Assembly (NCBI GenBank): GCA_964016885.1
Contig: CAXHJY010001689.1
Coordinates: forward strand, 1-49,323
Length of the DNA stretch: 49,323 nt
Direction of reading: 5' to 3'
Origin: Eledone cirrhosa
Lineage: Eukaryota
This document shows, piece by piece, positions 26,611 to 38,999 of this stretch; the first letter of the stretch is position 1, and each line of letters starts with the position of its first letter. The position numbers were made by a program, and so were the translations under genes. The notes beneath the pieces were generated by a model, which had not been told where the DNA came from, searched no databases, and saw only the letters and a list, made by a program, of their open reading frames with translations.

Positions 26611-27464
26611 TAAAGGGTTCTCCCTAAAAATGAAAGGCAGGTTGTACGATGCCTGCATACGAACAACAATGTTGCATGGCAGTGAGACCTGGGCATTGTG
26701 TGCAGAGGATATACGCAGACTAGAGAGGAACGAAGCTTGCATGCTCCGCTGGATGTGTAACAGTAATATACGTGAACGGCAAAGCATAAACGAACTAAGG
26801 AAAAAATTAGAAATAAGAGGGATCAGATGTTGTTTACTCGAGAGAAGGCTACGTTGGTATGGACACGTGATGCGCATGAAAGTCGATAGCTGTATAACAA
26901 AGTGCAGGGCAATAAAGATAGACGGTAGCCACGGAATAGGCAGACCTAGAAAAACCTGGGACGAGCTGATAAACTCTGACCTCACACACTTACACCTCTC
27001 CAAGACAATGTCACTGGACCGAGACCTTTGGCGGTACTCAGTAACAGAGAAGACCTGCCTTACCTAAATACATAGTAAAACCTACTACAGCCAGTAGGCA
27101 TCTCTAACAAAATACCCCCCCCCCCCCCGTCCCACCACCCCAACCCCATCCACGCCACCCCGTTCTATGTAAAGTTGTGTTGGTGCCACACCATCCAGGC
27201 CGAAACAAATGAGATCGTGTAGGTGTCACGACAAAAAAACACACAGTCCACGCTGTAATGTGGCCGTGTAGGCAACACGGTAAAAACCTCCCAGACCCAC
27301 ACTGTAAATGTGGTTGGTGTTAGGAAGGGCATCCAACTGTAGAAAACCTGCCAGACAGTCCTATGCGAGCAAGACAATCACTCTTGCCTCAAGTGGGACT
27401 ACCCCCGTCCAAACCCATGCAAGCGTGGAACACGGACGTTAAACGTTGATGATGATGATGATGA
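26611..27464 (+). mobile_element. RTE family A 3' fragment
   Basis: ORF 26630..27067 (RRLRWYGHVMR), 3' UTR and (GAT)n tail, TA on both sides. Confidence 0.92.
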
Positions 27465-27483
27465 TATATATATATATATATAT

Positions 27484-27916
27484 ATTAAGATAACAGATTA
27501 AAGTTTAAGCAAAGAATCGCTGCTTTCACCCTTAACGGGATCTTCTGAAACTAACAAAGTCAATCTGTAAACGCAGAAGTGGATATTTCAAAAAACGTTG
27601 CAACCGGAGGAAGACAGGAAGACGATACTTTGGTTTGTGGAAACCTTCCCTGGCAAAGAACGGCAAAAAACGAATATATAAAAAACGAATATGTCTTCCT
27701 CCGGTTGCAACGTTTTTTGAAATATCCACTTCTGCGTTTACAGATTGACTTTGTTAGTTTCAGAAGATCCCGTTAAGGGTGAAAGCAGCGATTCTTTGCT
27801 TAAACTTTAATCTGTTATTTTAATAAATATTTGCTCTACGGTTCTTATATATTTGATATATATTTATCCTTATCGAGCCCTCTTTGGATTTTAGTCTTCA
27901 AATTTATTATTATTAC
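27484..27916 (+). mobile_element. Fold-back element with hammerhead-like motif (family 5)
   Basis: ~131-bp inverted arms 27484-27615 and 27693-27823, then a tail and TA. A partial copy lies at 32290-32405. Confidence 0.8.
27756..27806 (+). ncRNA. Hammerhead-like motif with U4-to-A core change (also 27502-27552 and 32308-32358, minus strand)
   Basis: AGTTT-CAGAAGA-T-CCC(GTTAA)GGG-T-GAAA-GCAG(CGATTCT)TTGC-TT^AAACT; all three stems pair. Confidence 0.6.
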
Positions 27917-27952
27917 TATATATATATATATATACACACATATATATATATA

Positions 27953-28250
27953 TCGCATAAGAAACGGAGGATCAGTGGTGCAACGAATTAGAATTTATTA
28001 GACATATTACAATCGTTTCTCTGGCGACCAGCTCGAGGCATGATCGATGTGATGATCGAACCTGACTTTGAAATCGCAAGTTCTTCAGATACGTGATATA
28101 CTCTGCTCTGTAACAGCAGTTAAGCAGAGTATATCGTTGAGAAGGATACAAACCGAAACCGCTAGGTGTCGCGGCCGGGTTTATACCTTTCCCCCCTTTC
28201 CATTATATAGAATACTTCCCTGATGTGTGGTCTCCCTAGTCTCAGCACCG
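27953..28250 (-). mobile_element. Penelope-like/retrozyme 3' fragment (family 6)
   Basis: Hammerhead followed by AATAAA and a short tail ending in TA; extra hairpin at 28095-28135. Confidence 0.6.
28002..28094 (-). ncRNA. Type I hammerhead ribozyme with long stem II
   Basis: Minus strand: ACGTAT-CTGAAGA-ACTTGCGA...TCGCCAGA-GAAA-CGATTG-TA^ATATGT. Confidence 0.7.
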
Positions 28251-28469
28251 CAGTGTGTGTGTGAGAGTGTGTGTGGTTATCAGCCCTATTCTATCAAACT
28301 ATGAACAAAGGTGTTCCAGTCGTTAACATACCCTAGTAAACATCTAGAACCACTTTAGCTAATATTTATTATATTTGTTAAAAGACGGTTGGATGTGATT
28401 TGATGGAGACTTGGCTGTTATTTCTAGCATGTCGAACGACAGATAGTTCTCGTTGTGAAGATGTTGAGT

Positions 28470-28659
28470 GTGAGTGTCGGCTGAAATGTTGATAGTCTGA
28501 CCAAGATACTCTCATGGAATGACCAAATGAGGTTCATTTTTCAACATAGTCCCTGGAAAGAAACAATGCAGTTATTGATTTTAAAAAAAATGTAATATTT
28601 CACAGCTCTAGCATCACTCCTTCATAGCCAGCCTGTAAACTTTTCAGCCTACCCTCGTA
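28470..28659. mobile_element. mariner-type MITE (degenerate)
   Basis: Imperfect TIRs GGCTGAAATGTT / AACTTTTCAGCCTACCCTCG-TA. A partial second right end lies at ~28797-28848. Confidence 0.55.
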
Positions 28660-28679
28660 TTTATACACATACACATACA

Positions 28680-28774
28680 CAGGGTGTCCCAATAAAATGT
28701 ATGTATACTTTGATACCTGTACAGGCAATATTAGAATGCTGTTGGAGCGTTTATGCATTTTTTGGGACACCCTG
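28680..28774. mobile_element. Tc1/mariner-type MITE, 95 bp
   Basis: TIR CAGGGTGTCCCAA / TTGGGACACCCTG followed by TA. Confidence 0.75.
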
Positions 28775-28848
28775 TATATACACACACATGTAAGATATCA
28801 CAGCTCTAGCATCACTTCTTCATAATCAGCCTATGGCTTTTCAGTCTA

Positions 28849-29020
28849 TACACACCACACACACAACGTACACCACACACACACACACACCACACACAAC
28901 GTACACACCACACACACAACGTACACACCACACACGCACCATACACACAATGTACACACCATACACACACACACCACACACACAACGTACACACACACAC
29001 CACACACACCACACACGACA
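28849..29020. repeat. (CA)-rich simple repeat
   Basis: Direct reading. Confidence 0.85.
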
Positions 29021-29328
29021 TCGAAATAATACAGTACACTGTATTATTTCGAAGTTATTGCCAATTAATGATAATTTTGTTATTGTTCAATAACTAAACC
29101 CCCCCCCCCCCCATCTACTCACAACTTTCTTAAGGAAGATATTTTAAATGAAACCTTCCAGGTATATTTTCCAGGGTGTCAATTGCAATTATATCGAGAA
29201 ATTATTTTATATTTTCCTAATTCATAGAAATGACATATTTCAACACACACACCACACACCACACATACAACACACATTCATTCATTCTCCATGACGTTAT
29301 TTTGACAGATATATATATTTAATATTAT

Positions 29329-30300
29329 ACTAGCAGTGGTTCCCGGTGTTGCACGGGATAAGGTATTTTGGAACGCGGACCGCCAACAGACCTAATCATG
29401 GAAAAACTTCATGCCTGGACAATATGTAAAGAAAATAGACCGAATACTCTGATGGCTGGATAATCTTTAAGATTTTCCTCGATGAAGCAGGAAAAATGCA
29501 GGTTTTCACTTAATGTGGGCCCTAGGGGATCAAGAAAATAAATTTTCTTTTATGTGCATAATATGCCTTGAAATTTCGGGAAAAGCGGCTAGACGTAACG
29601 CCTCCAAAAAACCATAAAAAGCTGAAAAAATGAAGTTTTTCCCCTAATGCGGGTCCTAGGCCATAAAAAAAGTTGGATTTTCTTTGCTCACGGTATGAAG
29701 AAGAGACTGACTAATACATAGTTACAATTTCAACGAAATCAGTTTGATGTAACGCCTCAAATAACCCCTAAAAACCTGAAAAACGCAGTTTTTCACCCAA
29801 TGCAGGCCCTAGGAGATAAAAAAATTGAATTTTTTTTATGTCCCTAACGCTACCTGAAACAAGTAATACACATGTAAAGTTTGAAAAGAATCGGTTGGGT
29901 ACTTCTCGAGTTTTAGGATTCAAACTCTCTCTCTCGCACGCACGCGCGCACACTGACATCTCCAGGGAAGTGACGTAATGCAGACAGCCAGACATACAGA
30001 CAGATATTATAAGGGCGCAATGTTATATGTATGTATCTATATAAAAAAAGAAAGACTAAGACTAATAGAGAGAGATCGTTAAATCGCCTAATGCGGTCTC
30101 TAGGGCATTGAAAATTTAAAATTGTTTTTGCTCAGAACATTCCCTGAAATATAAGTATTACATGTGTAAAGTTCGAAAACAGTCGGTTGGGTGTTTCTCT
30201 AGTTTTAGGGATTCAAACTCACACACACATACACAGACATCCTCAGTTTTATATATATAGACTAGCAGAAAACCACCCTGTGGGCAGTTTTCTGCTAGCA
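29329..30300. mobile_element. Helitron/Helentron-type non-autonomous elements with internal ~130-bp repeats
   Basis: ACTAGC..CCCGGTGTTGCACGGG terminal hairpin; repeated TAATGCGG..CCTAGG units; GACA microsatellite ends; CTAG-flanked hairpins at 30261-30298 and 31856-31897. A homologous segment lies at 32475-32748. Confidence 0.5.
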
Positions 30301-30805
30301 AATCTAGTGTATATACTAATATTGTTGAGATTTGGATGAGAAATGTTTTCGGCACCACATGTTCACCGTCTCTCGGTGTGTCTTTTATGCATGTATAAAT
30401 ATATATGTTATCTATACGGTGAAATCTTTGAAATAAATATATGTTAAAACGAAAACGGAGAAAAAGAGATTAGTGACGGAAATATAAACGTTATGATACA
30501 TAAACGTTATGATATAACGATGGAAATATATCTTCAAATGGTCCTTGGCATGGTGTCAAGTCAGAACCGCCTCGAACTGGTTACTTCTGGCTTGTGCAAG
30601 GTGTCTCTATAGCAACCAGCGATTCCCTCGGCCTCAGTGACCAAAGTCAGTGGAGAGGGGAAGGTAATGTTTCTATCGCGACAGTGTTTCTCTTGGTAGT
30701 ACCAAAGTGGAGAAAGGAAGGGGAAGGTAATATTTCTGTAGCACCTACATTTGAGTTTTAGGGAAGGACAGACAGACAGACAGACAGACAAACAGAGAAC
30801 TGCCC

Positions 30806-30814
30806 ATATATTTC

Positions 30815-30875
<61 letters not shown>

Positions 30876-31250
30876 CACACACAGAAATGTATATATATTT
30901 CTGTGTGTGTATATATATATATATTACACACACAGAAATGTATATATATTTCTGTGTGTATATATATATATTTATGTGTGTGTGTATATATATGTATATT
31001 ACACACAAAGAAATGTATATATATTTCTGTGTGTATATATATATATTACACACACAGAAATGTATATATATTTCTGTGTATATATATATATTTATGTGTG
31101 TGTATATATATATATATATATATTACACACACAGAAATGTATATATATTTCTGTGTGTATATATATATATTACACACAGAAATGTATATATATTTCTGTG
31201 TGTGTATATATATATATATATTACACACACAGAAATGTATATATATTTCT
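30806..31250. repeat. Palindromic composite minisatellite TTTCTGTGTG(TA)nTTACACACACAGAAATG
   Basis: About 8 variable-length units, each self-complementary. Confidence 0.85.
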
Positions 31251-31370
31251 TAGAACAAAATTATTATTAATGTTTTGCTGTTCATAACAATTGGAATTGA
31301 AAAATTACTTTTGAAATTATTAGTTATTTTACTAATGCTTAGATATGTAAAAATGAAGCAATGTTTCTAA

Positions 31371-31562
31371 TAATTGTTTCTACTTTTGGCACAAGGCCAG
31401 CAATTACCCAGTACATTACTGGTACTTTATTTTATAGACCCCGTGAGGATGAAAGGCAAAGTTAACCTCGGCGGTATTTGAACTCAGACCGTAAAGGGAC
31501 GTAACTCCATGCTATGAAGCATGGTGTCCGACTCTCTACAGATTCTGCCAATCCACCGCCCT
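31371..31562 (-). mobile_element. tRNA-derived SINE, near full length
   Basis: Minus strand: GGCGGTGGATTGGCAGAATC...GAGTTCAAATACC...GCCTTTCATCCTCACGGGGTC. Confidence 0.8.
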
Positions 31563-31897
31563 AATGTCTGTACGTAATGAGGGAGGGAGAGGGGAGAGAA
31601 AAAAAGGCAGAGGTGAAGTGACGAAGTGACTCTCTCCTCCTCCTCCTCCTCCATCTCCCCATTCGTCACAGCGATAGAGGGGAGGAATGTTAATGTGTTA
31701 CAAAGAGAAAGAGTGAGAGTGAGAGAAACAGACAGACTAAAAGAGAGGGATAGCTGCAGAGAGAGAGAGAGAGAGAGATGTAGGAACCACGCGTGCACGT
31801 GTTTCCACTGTCAGACAGACAGACAGAGAAATTGCTGGTTATATATTATAAGGAGACTAGCAGAAAACCGCCCACCGGGTGGTTTTTTTCTGCTAGT

Positions 31898-32193
31898 CAT
31901 CATCATCATCATCATCATCAACGTTTAACGTCCGTGTTCCACGCTTGCATGGGTTTGGACGGGGGTATTCCCACTTGAGGCAAGAGTGATTGTCTTGCTC
32001 GCATAGGACTGTCTGGCAGGTTTTCTATAGTTGGATGCCCTTCCTAACACCAACCACATTTACAGTGTGGGACTGGGAGGTTTTTACCATGTTGCCTACA
32101 CGGCCACATTACAGCGTGGACTGTGTGTTTTTTTGTCGTGACACCTACACGATCTCATTTGTTTCGGCCTGGATGTTGTGGTACCAACATAAC
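31898..32193 (-). mobile_element. RTE family A 3' UTR fragment
   Basis: (CAT)n, then the reverse complement of 27175-27445. Confidence 0.88.
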
Positions 32194-32247
32194 AATAAAT
32201 ATGTTTGTTTATATTTTGTTATTGTGTATGCAAAAATATCTGTACAC

Positions 32248-32291
<44 letters not shown>

Positions 32292-32886
32292 TAAAATAAC
32301 AGATTAAAGTTTAAGCAAAGAAACGCTGCTTTCACCCTTAACGGGATCTTCTGAAACTAACAAAGTCAATCTGTGAACGCAGAAGTAAATATTTTGAAAA
32401 ACGTTACACACTATATATATATATACACACACACTATATATACATATATACACACACACAGATAGCGTCATAATGTCGTAATGCAAACAGTCACGCACAC
32501 AGATATTATAAGGGCGCAACGTTGTAGCTATGTATCTATCTAAAAAGACAGACTAAGAATTATAGAGATATCGCTAAACGGCACCTAATGCGGTCCCTAG
32601 GGCATTGAAAATTTGAAATATTTTTTGCTCAAAACACTCACAGGACCATAAGTATTACATGTGTAAAGTTTGAAAACAATTGGTAGGGTAGTTCTCTAGT
32701 TTTAGGGAGTCCGACAGACGGACATTCTCTGTTTTAGATTTATAGATTGTATTATTTAGCAACATAACATTGGCAGGCGTGATGGAAATATTACCGAGTT
32801 TTACGGTTAACCTATATATCAGTAAATGAAAGCATTAAAAAACGGAAATATACAATAATGAAAGTCTGGCAAAAAATGTGTGTGTG

Positions 32887-33935
32887 TATATTATATATAT
32901 ATATATTATATATATTATATATATTATATATATATATTATATATATTATATATATATATATTATATATATTATATATATTATATATATATATTATATATA
33001 TTATATATATATATATTATATATAATATATATATATATTATATATATATTATATAATATATATTATATAATATATATAATATATATATATATAATATATA
33101 TATATATAATATATATATAATATATATATATATAATATATATATATATAATATATATATAATATATATATATATAATATATATATATATAATATATATAT
33201 ATATATAATATATATATATAATATATATAATATATATATAATATATATAATATATATATATATATAATATATATATAATATATATATATATATTATATAT
33301 ATATTATATATATATTATATATTATATATATTATATATATATTATATATATATATATATTATATATATTATATATATATTATATATATTATATATATATA
33401 TTATATATATATATATATTATATATATATATATTATATATATATATATTATATATTTATATATTATATATTTATATATTATATATATATATATTATATAT
33501 TTATATATTATATATATATATATTATATATATATATATTATATATATATATTATATATATATAATATATATATATTATATATATATATATATTATATATA
33601 TATATTATATATATATATATTATATATATATATATTATATATATATATATTATATATATATATATTATATATATATATATTATATATTTATATATTATAT
33701 ATTTATATATTATATATATATATATTATATATATATATATTATATATATATATATTATATATATATATATTATATATTATATATATATATATTATATATA
33801 TATATATATTATATATATATATATATTATATATATATATATTATATATATATATATTATATATATATTATATATTATATATATTATATATATATATATAT
33901 TATATATATATTATATATATATATATTATATATAT
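32887..33935. repeat. (TA)n tract with TT/AA phase slips
   Basis: Direct reading. Confidence 0.97.
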
Positions 33936-34107
33936 TCATTTCATTCATTTCATTTTACGTCCGCTTTTTCCCTGCTTGCAAGGGTAGGACGGGAACTGAT
34001 GCTGGCTTGATTTCTACAGCTGGATGCCCTTCCTAACACCAACCTCATTTACAGTGAGTGCTGGGTGCTTTTTTGCCGTGGCACCTCCACGACCACTCTG
34101 CAGTGGA
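33936..34107 (-). mobile_element. RTE family C-related 3' fragment
   Basis: Matches parts of 42666-42908. Confidence 0.7.
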
Positions 34108-34129
34108 ATGATATGGGCCCTAGTCCCTA

Positions 34130-34270
34130 TCATCTCATTTCTACAGCTGAGTAAACTGGAGCAATGTGAAATAAAGTGTCTTGCTCAAGGAAACAACACA
34201 TCACCCGGTCTGAGAATTGAACTCACAACCTTTTGATTGTAAGGCCAATGCTCTCCCACTAAGCCATGCC
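34130..34270 (-). mobile_element. tRNA-derived CORE-like SINE 5' part
   Basis: Reverse-complement homology to 16646-16778. Confidence 0.7.
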
Positions 34271-34373
34271 AGCAAGACAACCACTCTTGCCTCAAGTGGG
34301 AAAACCCCCGTCCAAACCCATGCAAGCGTGGAACACGGACGCTAAACCTGATGATGATGATGATGATGATGAT
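34271..34373 (+). mobile_element. RTE family A extreme 3' end
   Basis: Inverted copy of 34491-34592. Confidence 0.85.
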
Positions 34374-34490
34374 ATAATATATATATATATATTATATATA
34401 TATATATTATATATATATTATATATTATATATATATTATATATTATATATATATATATATTATATATATATTATATATATATATATTATA

Positions 34491-35822
34491 TCATCATCAT
34501 CATCATCATCATCAGGTTTAGCGTCCGTGTTCCACGCTTGCATGGGTTTGGACGGGGGTTTTCCCACTTGAGGCAAGAGTGGTTGTCTTGCTCGCATAGG
34601 ACTGTCTGGCGGGTTTTCTACAGCTGGATGCCCTTCCTAACACCAACCACATTTACAGTGTGGGGCTGGGAGGTTTTTACCGTGTTACCTACACGGCCAC
34701 ATTTACAGCGTGGACTGTGTTTTTTTTGTCGTGACACCTACACGATCTCATTTGTTTCGGCCTGGATGTTGTGGGACCAACATAACTGTACATTGAAAGG
34801 GGCGGTGTGGATGGGGTGGAGGTGGTGGGACGGGGGGGTGTTTTGATAGAGATGCCTACTGACTGTAGTAGGTTTTTACTTTGTATTTAGGTAAGGCGGG
34901 TCTTCTCTATTACTGAGTACCGCCAAAGGTCTCGGTCCAGTGACATTGTCTTGGAGAGGTGTAAGCGTGTGAGGTCGGAATTTATCAGCTCGTCCCATGT
35001 TTTTCTGGGTCTGCCTACTCCGTGGCTACCGTCTATCTTTATTGCCCTGCACTTTGTTATACAGCTGTCGTCTTTCATGCGCATCACGTGACCGTACCAA
35101 CGTAGCCTTCTCTCGAGTAAACAACATCTGATCCCTCTTATTTCTAATTTTTTCCTTAGTTCGTTTATGCTTTGCCGTTCACGTATATTACTATTGCACA
35201 TCCAGCGGAGCATGCAAGCTTCGTTCCTCTCTAGTCTGCGTATATCCTCTGCACACAATGCCCAGGTCTCACTGCCATGCAGCATTGCTGTTCGTATGCA
35301 GGCATCGTATAACCTGCCTTTCATTTTTAGGGAGAACCCTCTAGCGGCTAATAGTGGTATAAGCTCTCTGAACTTTTTCCATCCAGTTCTGACTCTAGCT
35401 ACTGTACTTTCAGAGCACCCTCCCCCACTGCTGATTTTGTCACCCAGGTAACGGAAGCTGTCCACTATTTCTATAGAACCCTCTGCGCAGTTGAAGGAGC
35501 TAGTATTTTGTGGGCGCTTGCTGCTACTTATTGCACCAGAGCACCGGCCACATGTAAAATCTATGTTCTTAGTTAGCTTACCTGTGATCCCACTACATCT
35601 TTTATGCACCCATACTTTGCATTTGGGACATAAAATGGAGTTTCTACCTACGCCTTTCCTACACACTGAGCATGGCCATTTCCCAGATGGGACTGCCGCC
35701 ATATTTTCTTTCCTACAAACTAGAACTTTTGTCTTAGCCAGGTTAATTTTAAGGCCTTTTGATTCTAGGCCGTGCTTCCATGTTTGGAATTTCTTCTCTA
35801 GTTCGGTCATTGATTCAGCTAT
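34491..35822 (-). mobile_element. RTE family A 3' fragment
   Basis: ORF 34887..35810, (GAT)n tail, TA flanks. Confidence 0.93.
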
Positions 35823-35896
35823 GATTCAGCTATTATTATATATATTATATATATATATATATTATATATATATATATTATATATATATATATTATA

Positions 35897-35939
<43 letters not shown>

Positions 35940-35952
35940 ATATATATATATT

Positions 35953-37086
35953 ATCATCATCATCATCATCATCAACGTTTAACGTCCGTGTTCCACGCTT
36001 GCATGGGTTTGGACGGGGGTAGTCCCACTTGAGGCAAGAGTGATTGTCTTGCTCGCATAGGACTGTCTGGCAGGTTTTCTACAGTTGGATGCCCTTCCTA
36101 ACACCAACCACATTTACAGTGTGGGTCTGGGAGGTTTTTACCGTGTTGCCTACACGGCCACATTACAGCGTGGACTGTGTGTTTTTTTGTCGTGACACCT
36201 ACACGATCTCATTTGTTTCGGCCTCGAAGGCGTGGCACCAACATAACTTTACATAGAACGGGATGGTGTGGATCGGGTGGGGGTGGGGGTGGTGGGACGG
36301 GGTGTATTTTGTTAGAGATGCCTACTGGCTGGAGTAGGTTTTACTATATATTTAGGTAAGGCGGGTCTTCTCTGTTACTGAGTACCGCCAAAGGTCTCGG
36401 TCCAGTGACATTGTCTTGGAGAGGTGTAAGTGTGTGATGTCGGAGTTTATCAGCTCGTCCCAGGTTTTTCTAGGTCTGCCTATTCCGTGACTACCGTCTA
36501 TCTTTATTGCCCTGCACTTTGTTATACAGCTATCGACTTTCATGCGCATCACGTGTCCATACCAACGTAGCCTTCTCTCGAGTAAACAACATCTGATCCC
36601 TCTTATCTCTAATTTTTTCCTTAGTTCGTTTATGCTTTGCCGTTCACGTATATTACTGTTACACATCCAGCGGAGCATGCAAGCTTCGTTCCTCTCTAGT
36701 CTGCGTATATCCTCTGCACACAATGCCCAGGTCTCACTGCCATGCAGCATTGCTGTTCGTATGCAGGCATCGTACAACCTGCCTTTCATTTTTAGTGAGA
36801 ACCCTTTAGCAGCTAATAGTGGTATAAGCTCTCTGAACTTTTTCCAACCAGTTCTGACTCTAGCTACAGTACTTTCAGAGCACCCTCCCCCACTGCTGAT
36901 TTTATCGCCCAGGTAACGGAAGCTGTCCACTATTTCTATAGAACCCTCTGCGCAATTGAAAGAGCTAGTAGTTTGTGGGCACTTGCTGCTACTTATTGCA
37001 CCAGAGCACCGGCCACATGTAAAATCTATGTTCTTAGTTAGCTTACCTGTGATCCCACTACATCTTTTATGCACCCATACTTTGCA
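35953..37086 (-). mobile_element. RTE family A 3' fragment
   Basis: ORF 36352..37074, (GAT)n tail, TA flanks. Confidence 0.93.
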
Positions 37087-37101
37087 TATATATATATATA
37101 T

Positions 37102-37135
<34 letters not shown>

Positions 37136-37597
37136 ATTATATATATATTATATATATATATTATATATATTATATATATATATATTATATATATTATATA
37201 TATATATTATATATATATATTATATATATTATATATATATATTATATATATATATTAAATATATATTATATATATATAATATATATATTAAATATATATT
37301 ATATATATATAATATATATATATATAATATATATATATATATATAATATATATATATATATAATATATATATATAAATAATATATATATATATAATATAT
37401 ATATATAATATATATACATATATAATATATTATATATATATATATATATATAATATATATATATATATAATATATTATATATATATATATATAATATATA
37501 TATATATAATATATTATATATATATATATATATATAATATATATATATATAATATATAAATATATAATATATATATATATATAATATATATATATTT

Positions 37598-37628
<31 letters not shown>

Positions 37629-37642
37629 ATATATATATATTT

Positions 37643-37673
<31 letters not shown>

Positions 37674-37742
37674 ATATATATATATATATATAATATATAT
37701 ATATATAAATATATAATATATATATATAATATATATATATTT

Positions 37743-37773
<31 letters not shown>

Positions 37774-38034
37774 ATATATATATATATAATATATATAATA
37801 TATATAATAACATATATAATATAATATATATAATATAATATATATATAATATAATATATATATAATATATATATATATAATATAATATATATATAATATA
37901 TATATAATATAATATATATATAATATAATATATATAATATAATATATATATAATATATATATAATATATATATAATATATAATATATATATAATATATAA
38001 TATATATATAATATATATATATAATATATATATA
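37087..38034. repeat. (TA)n tract
   Basis: Direct reading. Confidence 0.97.
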
Positions 38035-38285
38035 TAATTGTTTCTACTTTTGGCACAAGGCCAGCAATTACCCAGTGTATTACTGGTACTTTATTTTATC
38101 GACCCCGTAAGGATGAAAGGCAAAGTTAACATCGGCGGGATTTGAACTCAGATCGTCCCTTTACGATCTGAGTTCAAATCCCGCCGAGGTTAACTTTGCC
38201 TTTCATCCTTACGGGGTCGATAAAATAAAGTACCAGTAATACACTGGGTAATTGCTGGCCTTGTGCCAAAAGTAGAAACAATTAT
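38035..38285. mobile_element. Palindromic (fold-back) SINE pair
   Basis: ~122-bp arms around CCCTTT (38157-38162); same family as 31371-31562. Confidence 0.88.
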
Positions 38286-38377
38286 ATATATACATACATC
38301 TTTTGATGTATGTATGTGTATATACATATGTGTATGTGTGTGTATATGTATATCTCAGTGGATGCGACCAGATTTTA

Positions 38378-38705
38378 ACACAGCAACAACTACAACACCA
38401 ACACCAACACCAACACCAACATCAACAACAGCAACAACACCATCGTCTGTGTTGAATGTGTGTGTATGTATTTGTATATATGCGACAGCAATAACAGCAT
38501 CAACACCATTGTCTGCAGCAACAGCAGCAGTGAAATGAAGGACAACAACAACAACTACAATAACAACTACAGCACCAACAACTGCCACCACCATCACTGA
38601 CCATCCACCACCACCACGCTGATACAATCCACCACCACCACACTGACACCATCCACCACCGCCATTACCAGCGTAAAGCAAACAATTATTATTGTTATTG
38701 TTGTT
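38378..38705. repeat. (CAA)/(CAC)-rich low-complexity region
   Basis: Direct reading. Confidence 0.8.
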
Positions 38706-38999
38706 ATATACAAGCCGAACTGGACTGGGAAAGGTCAACAGTTGACATGATAGTGATTTTGACGATTTTGATTTTGATTTTGTATCAGAACTGTCGGTAA
38801 TATATGTATATATATATATGTGTTTGTGAGTTGTGTGTGTGATTGTATGCATGAATGAGTGTTGGTATGTGTGGTTGTGGTTTGTATGCATGAGTATTGG
38901 TGTGTGTGTCGTGTCAATAATTTTTTTTTTTTTTTTTTTAATGACCATGCTGTAAAATGGAGGGGTAGAGAGGGCCCTTGAGTCTAGTAAGACATCCTC

